A DNA stretch of 52,956 nucleotides from a virus (Duplodnaviria > Caudoviricetes). The stretch spans positions 1 through 52,956 of IMG/VR virus record IMGVR_UViG_3300046808_000165, one strand, 5' to 3'. The notes under the pieces are model-generated. The model saw nothing but the letters and a program-made list of their open reading frames with translations, did not search any database and was not told the origin of the DNA. The first letter of the stretch is position 1, and every line of letters begins with the position of its first letter. This document shows positions 20,268 to 29,512 of this stretch, in pieces. The translations under genes and the position numbers were made by a program.

Positions 20268-20276
20268 GAGAAATAC

Positions 20277-20630
20277 ATGGCAAAATATAGAACTGCGATG
20301 GGAAAAGTTGTTGACATGGCCGCACTAGCCGCAAGGAATGAAAAGGTACGTGCTGTGGGTAACATGAATGTCAATGCACGTGGAGACACAATTGACGCGG
20401 CGGGTAGAGTTGTTACACCCGTGACAAAGAAAGTTGGCGATCAGTATCAAAGAACTGTTACTAATCGTGCAGCCAATATTGTTAAAAAGAGACAGGAAGC
20501 ACTACGTCCAGTAGAATCAGCACCAAAGCCAGAACACAAAGTTGACTTGACTGCTGAGGAATTGGAACTAGAAGATTCCTTAGATGATGATTTAGAAATT
20601 GAAAAACTTAAAGCAAAAGACAACAAATAA
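20277..20630 (+). CDS. Hypothetical protein
   Basis: AGGAG RBS; 117 aa. Confidence 0.8.
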   Translation: MAKYRTAMGKVVDMAALAARNEKVRAVGNMNVNARGDTIDAAGRVVTPVTKKVGDQYQRTVTNRAANIVKKRQEALRPVESAPKPEHKVDLTAEELELEDSLDDDLEIEKLKAKDNK

Positions 20631-20636
20631 TCTATT

Positions 20637-20993
20637 ATGGCAACCATCAATAAAGTTAAAGTACAGAAACTTATACCTTTGAATGATACCATTATTGTAT
20701 CTGATATGGAATTTGCAGAACGTATCAGCAATGGCGGTATCATTCTTATGAATGATGATATGAAGAGCGCAGGTATCAGACCTCGTTGGGGTAAGGTATA
20801 TGCAATTGGACCAAAAGTAAAAGACATTGAAGTAGGTCAATATATTATGATAGCACACGGCCGCTGGACACGTGGTATCACTATTGATACTCCCGAAGGC
20901 GAGAAAGTAATCCGTAAAGTAGATAACAACGATATTTTATTAGTTAGCGATGAGAAGCCAAACGATCAAACAATGAGTGATAAAGTATATTAA
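20637..20993 (+). CDS. groES: GroES-like co-chaperonin
   Basis: LIPLNDTIIV, GGIIL mobile loop, GKVYAIGP, IEVGQ, DILLV. Confidence 0.88.
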   Translation: MATINKVKVQKLIPLNDTIIVSDMEFAERISNGGIILMNDDMKSAGIRPRWGKVYAIGPKVKDIEVGQYIMIAHGRWTRGITIDTPEGEKVIRKVDNNDILLVSDEKPNDQTMSDKVY

Positions 20994-21003
20994 TTATCAA
21001 AGG

Positions 21004-21027
21004 GTATGGGGGCGTTAGTCCCCATAC
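21004..21027 (+). other. Strong stem-loop without U-tract (terminator or mRNA stability element)
   Basis: GTATGGGGGC-GTTA-GTCCCCATAC. Confidence 0.55.
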
Positions 21028-21054
21028 TATCCATTCATATTCAGAAAGTAAATT

Positions 21055-21741
21055 ATGTTTAGTAACACACAAATCGGTTATAAATCAGCATCAGAAATCA
21101 ATAGTTCTATGGTACGTGTATACAATCACATGACATTAGCAGTGATTGTTAGCATGTTAGTATCATGGTATGTAGGCACCAGTCCTGAACTTGTAGAATT
21201 TTTCTTTACAGGTATCACTAAGTGGGTAGTAATGTTTGCTCCACTAGTTTTCATTTTCTTAACTCCCATTTTGTTTAATGCTGGTATTGGGCGAACAGGC
21301 GCACAACTAGTGTTGCATGGCTTTGCGGCATTAATGGGACTTAGTTTTGCAATTATCTTTGCAGTATATAATATGGGATCAATCGTATCAGCATTCATGG
21401 GTGCTGGTATCTTATTTGGAGTAATGAGTTTTTATGGATACTTTACTAAGAGTAGCCTTGATAGTGTTGGTAAGTTTATGTTTGTTGGCCTTATTGCCAT
21501 TATTATTGCAAGTATTGTTAACATTTTTATTGGTAGTACTGTCTTTGCTATGGTTATTAGTGCTTTGGCCATTATTATTTTTCTTGGGCTAACAGCATAC
21601 GACACACAGCGAATTCGTGAAGACCTCAGCGTTTCGGGCGATAATTATCTCGCAGAAGTCCAAGGGGCATTGACATTGTACCTAGATTTTATTAATATCT
21701 TTTTATCGCTACTAAATCTCTTTGGTGAAAAGAAGGACTAA
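21055..21741 (+). CDS. yccA: Bax inhibitor-1/YccA family membrane protein
   Basis: About 7 hydrophobic segments; VYNHM, LTAYDTQRI, GALTLYLDFINIF. Confidence 0.92.
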   Translation: MFSNTQIGYKSASEINSSMVRVYNHMTLAVIVSMLVSWYVGTSPELVEFFFTGITKWVVMFAPLVFIFLTPILFNAGIGRTGAQLVLHGFAALMGLSFAIIFAVYNMGSIVSAFMGAGILFGVMSFYGYFTKSSLDSVGKFMFVGLIAIIIASIVNIFIGSTVFAMVISALAIIIFLGLTAYDTQRIREDLSVSGDNYLAEVQGALTLYLDFINIFLSLLNLFGEKKD

Positions 21742-21745
21742 CACA

Positions 21746-21922
21746 TTGAAAGACAGTTTAAAACATAAGATCGGAACTGCATTGCCTTACGTAGCAATAT
21801 TCGGTATCAGCGCCGTGGCAGCATATGCAGTTTCAAAGATTTACAAGACAGTAAAAGATATCGATTTCCCATTGGATTTCGGTAATGACATTAATCTCAA
21901 CAACTTTCGTAATAAAGACTAA
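21746..21922 (+). CDS. Small single-TM hypothetical protein
   Basis: TTG start after AAGGA; hydrophobic ALPYVAIFGISAVAAYAV. Confidence 0.6.
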   Translation: MKDSLKHKIGTALPYVAIFGISAVAAYAVSKIYKTVKDIDFPLDFGNDINLNNFRNKD

Positions 21923-21924
21923 CT

Positions 21925-22848
21925 ATGAAAAATCAACTTTGGGTTGAAAAGTATCGCCCCAACACCGTCAGTGATTATGTATTCGTTGACGAAAAACAAA
22001 AGAATCAAGTAGAGAGTTGGATTCGTGATGGAAGTTTCCCTCATCTATTATTGAGTGGTGATCCAGGCACAGGTAAGACTACTCTTGCTAAAGTTCTAAT
22101 TCATGAACTTGGCGTAGAAGAATATGATGTATTAGAGATTAATGCTTCACGTGAGAACGGTATCGACTTCTTACGTGAAAAGATTAACGGGTTTGTGCAG
22201 ACTATGCCTTTTGGCAAGTTCAAAGTAGTGCTGTTAGACGAGGCTGATTATCTTACACAGCCATCGCAAGCCGCTTTGAGAAATGATATGGAGGCGTATC
22301 ACATGACTGTACGCTATATCCTTACTTGTAACTATCAACACAAGATCATTCCTGCACTAAAGTCACGCTGTCACGAATTTCATATCGCAAAGCCCGATAT
22401 GACTGAATTCACAGCACGTGCGGCAACTGTTCTAGTAAGTGAAGGTATTGAATTTGACCTAGACGTACTAGACACATTTGTTCGTGGTACATATCCAGAC
22501 TTACGTAAATGTCTGAATCAGTTGCAGAATAACAGTGTTAACGGTAAGTTAACTCCTGTACAGTCAGGTGGAACTAGTGAAGATAGCATCTTGTTACAGG
22601 CAACTGAATTATTCAAGAGTGGTAAGATTCTTGAAGGTCGCCAGCAATTGATGCAATATATCTCTATGTATCCAACACGTATTGAAGATACATATCGCTG
22701 GATGTATGACAATCTTGATTTATGGGGTAAGGATCAAGAGCGCAAGGATGCGGCAATCATTACAATTCGTAACGGGCTAGCAAATCTACCTCTTGTAGGA
22801 ATCCCTGAGATCAGTTTGGCAGCAACATTAGTAGAGTTGACAGGGTGA
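21925..22848 (+). CDS. gp44: Clamp loader AAA+ subunit (RFC/gp44-like)
   Basis: WVEKYRP, GDPGTGKT, EINAS, LLDEADYL, SRC. Confidence 0.93.
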   Translation: MKNQLWVEKYRPNTVSDYVFVDEKQKNQVESWIRDGSFPHLLLSGDPGTGKTTLAKVLIHELGVEEYDVLEINASRENGIDFLREKINGFVQTMPFGKFKVVLLDEADYLTQPSQAALRNDMEAYHMTVRYILTCNYQHKIIPALKSRCHEFHIAKPDMTEFTARAATVLVSEGIEFDLDVLDTFVRGTYPDLRKCLNQLQNNSVNGKLTPVQSGGTSEDSILLQATELFKSGKILEGRQQLMQYISMYPTRIEDTYRWMYDNLDLWGKDQERKDAAIITIRNGLANLPLVGIPEISLAATLVELTG

Positions 22849-23027
22849 AAAAGTACAGTAGTCATCAACAGGTATTGGTTTGGCGTAACGGAAAGTTATG
22901 TTGGCGTATTCGTCAAGTATATTATGAGCCTATCAAAAAGCCATGGTATAAATTTTGGCAAATTTCAGATGTTGAGATTACGTACGGGGAACCAAAATAC
23001 ATTGAAGTTCCTGAGGACACACTATAA
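22845..23027 (+). CDS. Small hypothetical protein
   Basis: GTGA overlap with clamp loader; KKPWYKFW motif. Confidence 0.55.
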   Translation: MKKYSSHQQVLVWRNGKLCWRIRQVYYEPIKKPWYKFWQISDVEITYGEPKYIEVPEDTL

Positions 23028-23075
23028 TTTATATGACCTTCTTTCTTTATTAAATAGAATACAGGAGAATACAGT

Positions 23076-23456
23076 ATGTCATGGCAAGCAACACTAACAA
23101 TCAACAATAACACAGATTATAACATCACAGTAACACACAATACTACTGGTGACTTAACTACAATCAGTCCCGGACAGAATTGGTCAAATACTACTAGTGA
23201 TCCAAACAATACTAACGCATTGAAGTTTTGGCAACAGCCTAATGTTTGGTTTATGCAAGGGTCATGCAGTTTTGGTCCTGATGCTGGTGTGTGGGTAGAT
23301 CGTGGTTGGATGGACCCTAATGCACAGACTATTAAGATGAGTGCTAGAGCAAACGGCTCTGCATTTCTACAGACACTAAACGGTGGTACAGAATTACTTG
23401 CTTGGAATGAGTTTGAGCAGGGCGGCACTATTGAGTTGACATTTGACAAACAATGA
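23076..23456 (+). CDS. Beta-rich hypothetical protein with own late promoter
   Basis: ATTAAATA at 23049-23056, AGGAG RBS; Trp/Asn/Thr-rich. Confidence 0.8.
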   Translation: MSWQATLTINNNTDYNITVTHNTTGDLTTISPGQNWSNTTSDPNNTNALKFWQQPNVWFMQGSCSFGPDAGVWVDRGWMDPNAQTIKMSARANGSAFLQTLNGGTELLAWNEFEQGGTIELTFDKQ

Positions 23457-23725
23457 GATATTTTTTAATTAGTTTTTTCCGCAAAGTTGGCGGGCAGATT
23501 GATGAGGCTGTTTCTGTAAGCAAGCGCATTCGCACCTCAGATACCATGAATGCAAATATCATCATGGATTTTGCAGAAAAGAAGGTAGTCAAATGTGTTA
23601 TCGAGGGTAAAGTGCATGACACTACCTTCGAACTAATGCGTGATTACTATGCAAAAATCTACCCCAATCTGATTAATCAGTTGGAAAAAGAAGCACCTAT
23701 CACTGCTAAACAAAAGACAAAATAA
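23453..23725 (+). CDS. Hypothetical protein
   Basis: 90-aa ORF, ATGA overlap. Confidence 0.75.
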   Translation: MRYFLISFFRKVGGQIDEAVSVSKRIRTSDTMNANIIMDFAEKKVVKCVIEGKVHDTTFELMRDYYAKIYPNLINQLEKEAPITAKQKTK

Positions 23726-23746
23726 ATGGGGCATAAGCCCCATTTA
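23723..23746. terminator. Bidirectional terminator between convergent genes
   Basis: TAAATGGGGC-ATAA-GCCCCATTTA perfect 10-bp stem. Confidence 0.8.
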
Positions 23747-23748
23747 CT

Positions 23749-24534
23749 TTAAGAGTACATCTTGAGGATGTGTTCAATAATCTTATGTCGTCTAATATCC
23801 CTCATATCAAATTCACAGGCTGTCATACCAGGAACTTTGTTTAGTTGAATTTTCTGCTTAAGATCCAACAAGCCATTTTCAGGAGTTCTTCTATCAGTCT
23901 GTTCAACGTCACCAGTGATGACAATCTTACTTCCTTCGCTAATTCTAGTCATTAACATTTTTAACTGACTAGGAGTAGCATTTTGTGCTTCATCTAAGAT
24001 GATCCAAGCATGCTTGAAGTTACGTCCGCGGCAGAATGCCAATGGGGTAATTTCAACAATTTGTTCATCTAACATATATTTGATTTCTTTTACGCTATAA
24101 TACTCCCTTAAAATATCGAAAAGTGGTCTGACCCAAGGTTCCATTTTTTGATTCAAATCGCCGGGTAAGAACCCGTGTTTCTCATCATCTACTGCAACTG
24201 CGGGTCTGGTCAAGATAATTCTATCGCACTCGCCCGCTCTCATGGCCTTAATCGCTGCCAACATAGCAAGATAAGTTTTACCAGTTCCAGCCGGGCCACT
24301 CACCATAACGATATCTGTTTCAGGGTCAGTCAATGCTATAATATATTTTTCCTGATTTATACTCTGTGGTACTAGATCGATGGGTTTTCGTGGCTTTCTT
24401 TGCTGTTGCTGGGCTTGAGAGAAGTCGATTGTTTTAGATTCATTCATGTAGAATGTTTTGCTTTCATCAATGTGCCTTTTATTTGCGTAACGTGTGTCTT
24501 TCTGTCTGAGTGCGCTAGTCTTTCTTTTACTCAA
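23749..24534 (-). CDS. phoH: PhoH-like ATPase
   Basis: GPAGTGKT, ILTRPAV, GFLPGDL, RGRNF, ILDEAQN, GDVEQTD; start reassigned to TTG at 24534 after AGGAGA RBS. Confidence 0.95.
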   Translation of the reverse strand: MSKRKTSALRQKDTRYANKRHIDESKTFYMNESKTIDFSQAQQQQRKPRKPIDLVPQSINQEKYIIALTDPETDIVMVSGPAGTGKTYLAMLAAIKAMRAGECDRIILTRPAVAVDDEKHGFLPGDLNQKMEPWVRPLFDILREYYSVKEIKYMLDEQIVEITPLAFCRGRNFKHAWIILDEAQNATPSQLKMLMTRISEGSKIVITGDVEQTDRRTPENGLLDLKQKIQLNKVPGMTACEFDMRDIRRHKIIEHILKMYS

Positions 24535-24593
24535 AGTGTTTCTCCTATGATTTGATACACTATACTCTTGAAGAACAACTTGTCCTTCGTAAG

Positions 24594-24601
24594 TATTTAA
24601 G
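24594..24601 (-). promoter_or_regulatory. Late promoter (CTTAAATA) for phoH
   Basis: Minus-strand motif about 60 nt upstream of phoH start. Confidence 0.45.
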
Positions 24602-24712
24602 GTGTATGATTCAGTAAACAGTGCAGTTGTTAAAGTTGTTGTTCCTATGATAAATATTATACTAACCCCAGTAGGACACAAAGTCCTGTATTCTATAATA
24701 GGGCTTTAAAAA

Positions 24713-24720
24713 GATAAATA
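24713..24720 (+). promoter_or_regulatory. Late promoter (GATAAATA); second copy at 24649-24656
   Basis: Motif immediately before ATG 24725. Confidence 0.7.
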
Positions 24721-24724
24721 CAAC

Positions 24725-25318
24725 ATGAAAAGTTTACCAGCAGACCAATTTTTTAATGACATTGACTTTGTTAGTATCGTGGATACTATCAGGGGCGTAT
24801 ATATGTCAGACGGTGCCATGTCTACATTGCTCGATTTTGAGCGTGTTTTAGATGAGGCCGATGTTTATGCATTTAAGAACTGGATTATCGGGGAATTAGT
24901 ACAAGGTCCAGTAATCGGTAGATATAGTGCAAAATGTACATTCATGTGGCCTTATAAGTTGATGCCCGATCCTAGAGCCGCATTAAGATTAATGAATATT
25001 GGATGCAAAGTAGCATACGCTAAATCAAGCATCAAAGTTCCAGTAGAAGTTCAAGATTACGAAGATTTTGTTCCTGGAACACGTTATCCTAAAATGACTA
25101 AAAAGAGTATTTGGTTTGTTCAAATCGAAGTACCATTTGAATTAATGGATGATATCAAAGAAGGTTCTATCGACCTTGCAGATGCAACTATTGACTTGTC
25201 TGATCTTGAGGACGCATATGATGAGGACCTTGACACAGATATGAACGAAGAAGGCACTGCACAACAGCAAGATGCTGAACAAGATCAGGGTCAGCCTGCT
25301 ATGGCGGCAGGAGTATAA
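24725..25318 (+). CDS. Hypothetical late protein with acidic tail
   Basis: 197-aa ORF after late promoter. Confidence 0.8.
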   Translation: MKSLPADQFFNDIDFVSIVDTIRGVYMSDGAMSTLLDFERVLDEADVYAFKNWIIGELVQGPVIGRYSAKCTFMWPYKLMPDPRAALRLMNIGCKVAYAKSSIKVPVEVQDYEDFVPGTRYPKMTKKSIWFVQIEVPFELMDDIKEGSIDLADATIDLSDLEDAYDEDLDTDMNEEGTAQQQDAEQDQGQPAMAAGV

Positions 25319-25319
25319 T

Positions 25320-25844
25320 ATGAGCCTAGACTATATGGACATGGAAGGCCAATTATCTAACCGCATTACGGTAGATGAATATTCTGCTAAAATGGGCAAA
25401 GACAAAGATGTTGTCACAGTAACATTTAAAGTTAACAGTAAACTAGCAGGAGATGACCTTGTTAGTTGGTTTGAACGTGGATATGATTTTGTATTGGATG
25501 CTAGTGTTAGCGATGGTGAAATTGAGCCAGGCAAATACTTAGTATTCTTAGAAATGGACCGCAGACGTAAGGTCCCAGAAAGAATTATTCAGTTATTATC
25601 AGACCTTGAAACCTTAACCGGTTTCAAATTAAAAGATTGGACAGTAGAAGTCGAAGGTGATGACTACGATGCCGATGAAGAAGTAATTCGTCAAGTTATG
25701 ATTCTCAACCCTAACGAGTACAAAATGGAAAGGGAGAAAGATGAGAAACTTAACGAATTCAGAAACCTTGCAGGCCTTGATTCAAAAACATTGCATCAAG
25801 ATGACGCCTACATAAAAACAATAAAAACCATGGCGGGGATGTAA
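25320..25844 (+). CDS. Hypothetical protein
   Basis: Start reassigned to ATG 25320 after AGGAG; C-terminal LAGL/MAGM motifs. Confidence 0.8.
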   Translation: MSLDYMDMEGQLSNRITVDEYSAKMGKDKDVVTVTFKVNSKLAGDDLVSWFERGYDFVLDASVSDGEIEPGKYLVFLEMDRRRKVPERIIQLLSDLETLTGFKLKDWTVEVEGDDYDADEEVIRQVMILNPNEYKMEREKDEKLNEFRNLAGLDSKTLHQDDAYIKTIKTMAGM

Positions 25845-25847
25845 TTT

Positions 25848-26372
25848 ATGGGTACAATTTTAACACGTAGATACGAAGAAGAAGAGATGCAACTCATTGC
25901 AAAGAATGACGAGCATCATGCCTCTATGGTCGAAGATAAGGAGTTTTACAAGCAAATGGAACAACGAAATCAACAGGCCAATCAGATGCTTAATCTGACA
26001 CAAGCAGGTAACAATGCCGCACAGAACGCAGAAGTTCTTGTAAAGCACAGTAAAGAAAGTGAAGACTGGATCAATAAAAAGTGGAGACCAGCAATGGGTT
26101 GGATGTACATGACTGTATGTATTACAGACTTTGTACTATTCCCAATTCTATGGTCAGTACTACAGGCAATTGGTGCCGGTCAAGTAACAAGTCAATGGCA
26201 ACCAGTAACTCTAATGGGTGCTGGTCTATTCCACATCTCAATGGGTGCTGTTCTTGGTATTGCGGCTTATGGTCGTACTAAGGAAAAGATTGAAGGTGCA
26301 TCTAACAATGACACTTCAGTTGGTGCGTCAAACCCACCAGCAACACCATCTTTGGGTGGAATCTTAAAATAA
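25848..26372 (+). CDS. Membrane protein, 3TM-holin-like
   Basis: KKWRPAMGW followed by two hydrophobic helices and GRTKEKI, resembling the GTA 3TM holin family. Confidence 0.6.
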   Translation: MGTILTRRYEEEEMQLIAKNDEHHASMVEDKEFYKQMEQRNQQANQMLNLTQAGNNAAQNAEVLVKHSKESEDWINKKWRPAMGWMYMTVCITDFVLFPILWSVLQAIGAGQVTSQWQPVTLMGAGLFHISMGAVLGIAAYGRTKEKIEGASNNDTSVGASNPPATPSLGGILK

Positions 26373-26375
26373 CAC

Positions 26376-26404
26376 TTGACAAATAATCCCCGGTGTGCTA
26401 ATAT
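26376..26404 (+). promoter_or_regulatory. Sigma70-type promoter
   Basis: TTGACA-17 nt-TAATAT with extended TG; ATG 26411 at expected +1. Confidence 0.7.
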
Positions 26405-26410
26405 CTAACA

Positions 26411-27208
26411 ATGGATCATTATAGTACACTGGGGATTCCACGTACGGCTTCTCCCGAAGAAATCAAAAAAGCATATCGTAAACTTGCGATGGAACACCAT
26501 CCTGATCGGGGCGGTGATAATGCTAAATTTCAAGAAATTAGTGTAGCATATAATACGTTAAGTGACCCAAACAAAAAAGCCGCTTACGATAATCCTCAAA
26601 CACAATTCAATCACCCCGGCGGATTTGATTTTGGATCAAATGGATTTGACTTAAATGACATTTTCAGTCATGTGTTTGGTCAGGGACAAGGTAATCCGTT
26701 TGGACAAAGAACTCATCAACAACCTATATACCGAACCCGTGTTACTGTGTCATTAGTAGATGCATATAATGGCGTTGAACAGGTATTGAAATTAAGCACT
26801 CCTCAAGGTACTAAGGTAATCAATATCAAGTTACCACGTGGTGTAAAAACGGGCGACAATTTCAGATATACTAATGTTATGGATGATGCTATTTTGTTAG
26901 TAGAGTTTGTTATTTTACCCCATTTACAATTTGAAAGAAAAGGTGATGACCTGTATGCAAATTTACCCGTTTCAGTATTAGATTTGATTACTGGAACTAA
27001 AATACAGTTTACAACAATTAGTAACAAAACATTAGAGGTTACTATACGTCCGCAAACACAGCCGTGGATGCAACTTAAAATCAACGGTGAAGGTATGCCC
27101 ACTGCATCGGGTAATTTTGGAGACCAAATACTCTTGATTAAACCCTTCATACCTGATACTATAGATACTGATATTATTGAGAGTATCAAGCGTAGTCAAA
27201 ATAAATAG
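26411..27208 (+). CDS. dnaJ: DnaJ/CbpA-type co-chaperone (no Zn finger)
   Basis: J domain with HPD, G/F-rich linker, C-terminal FERKGDDL..GEGMP..GD. Confidence 0.92.
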   Translation: MDHYSTLGIPRTASPEEIKKAYRKLAMEHHPDRGGDNAKFQEISVAYNTLSDPNKKAAYDNPQTQFNHPGGFDFGSNGFDLNDIFSHVFGQGQGNPFGQRTHQQPIYRTRVTVSLVDAYNGVEQVLKLSTPQGTKVINIKLPRGVKTGDNFRYTNVMDDAILLVEFVILPHLQFERKGDDLYANLPVSVLDLITGTKIQFTTISNKTLEVTIRPQTQPWMQLKINGEGMPTASGNFGDQILLIKPFIPDTIDTDIIESIKRSQNK

Positions 27209-27229
27209 TTTTACATAAGGAAAAAGAAA

Positions 27230-29512
27230 TTGCAACAATCACCAGAAATTGAAAACATCATTGAACGTGCAATCGAAGCCGCAAAGCAACGACAGCATGC
27301 ATATGTGACTGTGGAACATTTACTGCTATCATTGATTACGCACCCCCCGTTTAAGAAGTGCCTAAGTCAATTTAATGTTGATACCGATCTAATGGTATCA
27401 GAAGTAGAAGCATATATCAATGGATTACATGCCATTGAATCTAAAGAACCAAATACTCAGCCTAAGCGAACAAACACACTAGAACGTGTGATGAATCGTA
27501 GCGTCACGCAGGTTCTATTTACGGGTCGCAGGCAAGTAACTACAATTGACTTGTATTTGAGTATTGCCGCAGAAGCCAATAGTCATGCTCATTATTTTCT
27601 ATTGAAGTATGGCGTAAGCAAGAATGATTTTCTAGCACACTGGCAGAAGAATTACAAGGGCGGTGATTTCACTAATAGTCTAACTGATAATCAGGCTGAT
27701 GAAATCCTAGAAGAATACACTACAAATCTTACTGACCTAGCACGTAAGGGTAAACTAGAACCTGTTATTGGTCGTAGTAAGGAAATTGATGATATTATCA
27801 ATGTTCTTGCAAAGCGTTTCAAGTCAAACGTATTGATGGTCGGTGATCCGGGCGTCGGTAAGACTGCAATCGCAGAAGGCATTGCTAATGCTATCGTCAA
27901 TGGTGAGATTCCTGAATTCTTAAATGATCACGAATTGTTCTCACTAGAAGTAGGTAGTCTACTTGCAGGTAGTCGCTATCGTGGTGACTTTGAAGAAAAG
28001 GTAAAGATGGTATTAGATGCACTTAATACCAAAAAGAAGTCAATTCTCTTTATTGATGAAGCACACACTATGCAGGGTGCAGGTGGTTCTACTAATGGAT
28101 CAGTTGACTTTGCAAACATGATTAAGCCTGCAATCACTAAGGGTACACTCAAGGTAATTGCAAGTACTACATGGGAAGAGTTCTACGAGAGTTTCGAAAA
28201 GGATCGTGCATTAATGCGCAGGTTCTATAAGGTATCAGTAGATGAGCCTTCACATGACACTACTGTACGAATCCTTTCAGGTCTTTCAGAACGTCTCGGT
28301 GAATTCCACAAGGTAAACATTACACAGGAAGCAATTTCTGCGGCAGTGGATGCGGCAGCACGTTATATCCATGATCGTAAGAATCCTGATAAGAGTATTG
28401 ACTTGCTAGATGCGGCATGTGCAAAGCAAAAGGTTTTAGGCAATGCAGATGCAGTTATCACTAAGGAACTTATCCATGAACAAGTAGAAAAGTATACAGG
28501 TGTTCCTGCTGATAAGTTGTCAGGTGACAATTTTGATCGTATTCAAAATCTAGACCTAAACGTAAAGAATAAACTCTATGGGCAAGATGAGACTGTAGAT
28601 AAGGTTCTTGAGCGTGTATATGTTTCATTTGCTGGTATTGGTAATGAAACAAAACCAACAGCAAGTTTCTTGTTCTTGGGCCCAACAGGCACGGGTAAAA
28701 CAGAATTGGCTAAACTACTGTCTAAGAATTTAGATATGCCACTTCTCAAGTACGACATGAGTGAGTATGGTGAGAAACATAGCGTAAGTAGTTTGATTGG
28801 ACCTCCCCCGGGCTACGTAGGCTTTGGTGATTCACAAGTACAAGGTGGACGCCTAATTTCAGACTTGAGCAAGAATCCTCACTCAATTCTATTGTTTGAC
28901 GAAGTTGAAAAGGCACATCCTGATATCTTCAATATTTTCTTGCAGATTCTTGATGAAGGTCGTATCACTGGATCAAATGGTAAGGAAGTCAGTTGTAAGA
29001 ATACTATCATTATTCTAACAAGTAATCTTGGCAGTGCAGATGGTGAGAAGAACAACATCGGCTTCGGTAGTCAGGAAAAGACTGGTGAAGATGACAAGGC
29101 ACTAAAGCAATTCTTTAAGCCTGAGTTCCGCAATCGTCTAGACCTCGTTTGTAAGTTTAACAAGTTAGATACATTGTCTATTAAGAAGATTGTTGTTAAG
29201 TTCACTGAGGATCTTAAAAAGAGCCTACTTGAAAAGCACAACATTACTCTTAACTTGAGTGAACCTGTTATTGACTATTTGGCTGAACAGGGTTACGATA
29301 GTAAGATGGGCGCACGTCCTCTAGCACGTAAGATTGATGAACTAGTACGTGTACCGCTGTCAAAGAAGATTCTATTTGAACGAGTATCAAATGCTAACGT
29401 AATGGCAGTAATTAAGGACAATGAAATTGCATTTAACATCACAAACAAACAGTCTGCAAGGGTCGGCGATGATGGTATCATCCAAGTTGAAAATGAACCA
29501 GGTAGACCGTGA
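27230..29512 (+). CDS. clpA: ClpA-type Hsp100 ATPase
   Basis: Clp N domain (EHLLL), two Walker A motifs GDPGVGKT and GPTGTGKT, DMSEY, PPGYVG, IGF loop, KPEFRNRLD, GARPL; no long M domain. Confidence 0.92.
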   Translation: MQQSPEIENIIERAIEAAKQRQHAYVTVEHLLLSLITHPPFKKCLSQFNVDTDLMVSEVEAYINGLHAIESKEPNTQPKRTNTLERVMNRSVTQVLFTGRRQVTTIDLYLSIAAEANSHAHYFLLKYGVSKNDFLAHWQKNYKGGDFTNSLTDNQADEILEEYTTNLTDLARKGKLEPVIGRSKEIDDIINVLAKRFKSNVLMVGDPGVGKTAIAEGIANAIVNGEIPEFLNDHELFSLEVGSLLAGSRYRGDFEEKVKMVLDALNTKKKSILFIDEAHTMQGAGGSTNGSVDFANMIKPAITKGTLKVIASTTWEEFYESFEKDRALMRRFYKVSVDEPSHDTTVRILSGLSERLGEFHKVNITQEAISAAVDAAARYIHDRKNPDKSIDLLDAACAKQKVLGNADAVITKELIHEQVEKYTGVPADKLSGDNFDRIQNLDLNVKNKLYGQDETVDKVLERVYVSFAGIGNETKPTASFLFLGPTGTGKTELAKLLSKNLDMPLLKYDMSEYGEKHSVSSLIGPPPGYVGFGDSQVQGGRLISDLSKNPHSILLFDEVEKAHPDIFNIFLQILDEGRITGSNGKEVSCKNTIIILTSNLGSADGEKNNIGFGSQEKTGEDDKALKQFFKPEFRNRLDLVCKFNKLDTLSIKKIVVKFTEDLKKSLLEKHNITLNLSEPVIDYLAEQGYDSKMGARPLARKIDELVRVPLSKKILFERVSNANVMAVIKDNEIAFNITNKQSARVGDDGIIQVENEPGRP

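Noticed and set aside
24535-24681. 49-aa N-terminal extension of PhoH in the ORF track
   Set aside because: Strong AGGAGA RBS precedes TTG at 24534; the extension spans promoter motifs
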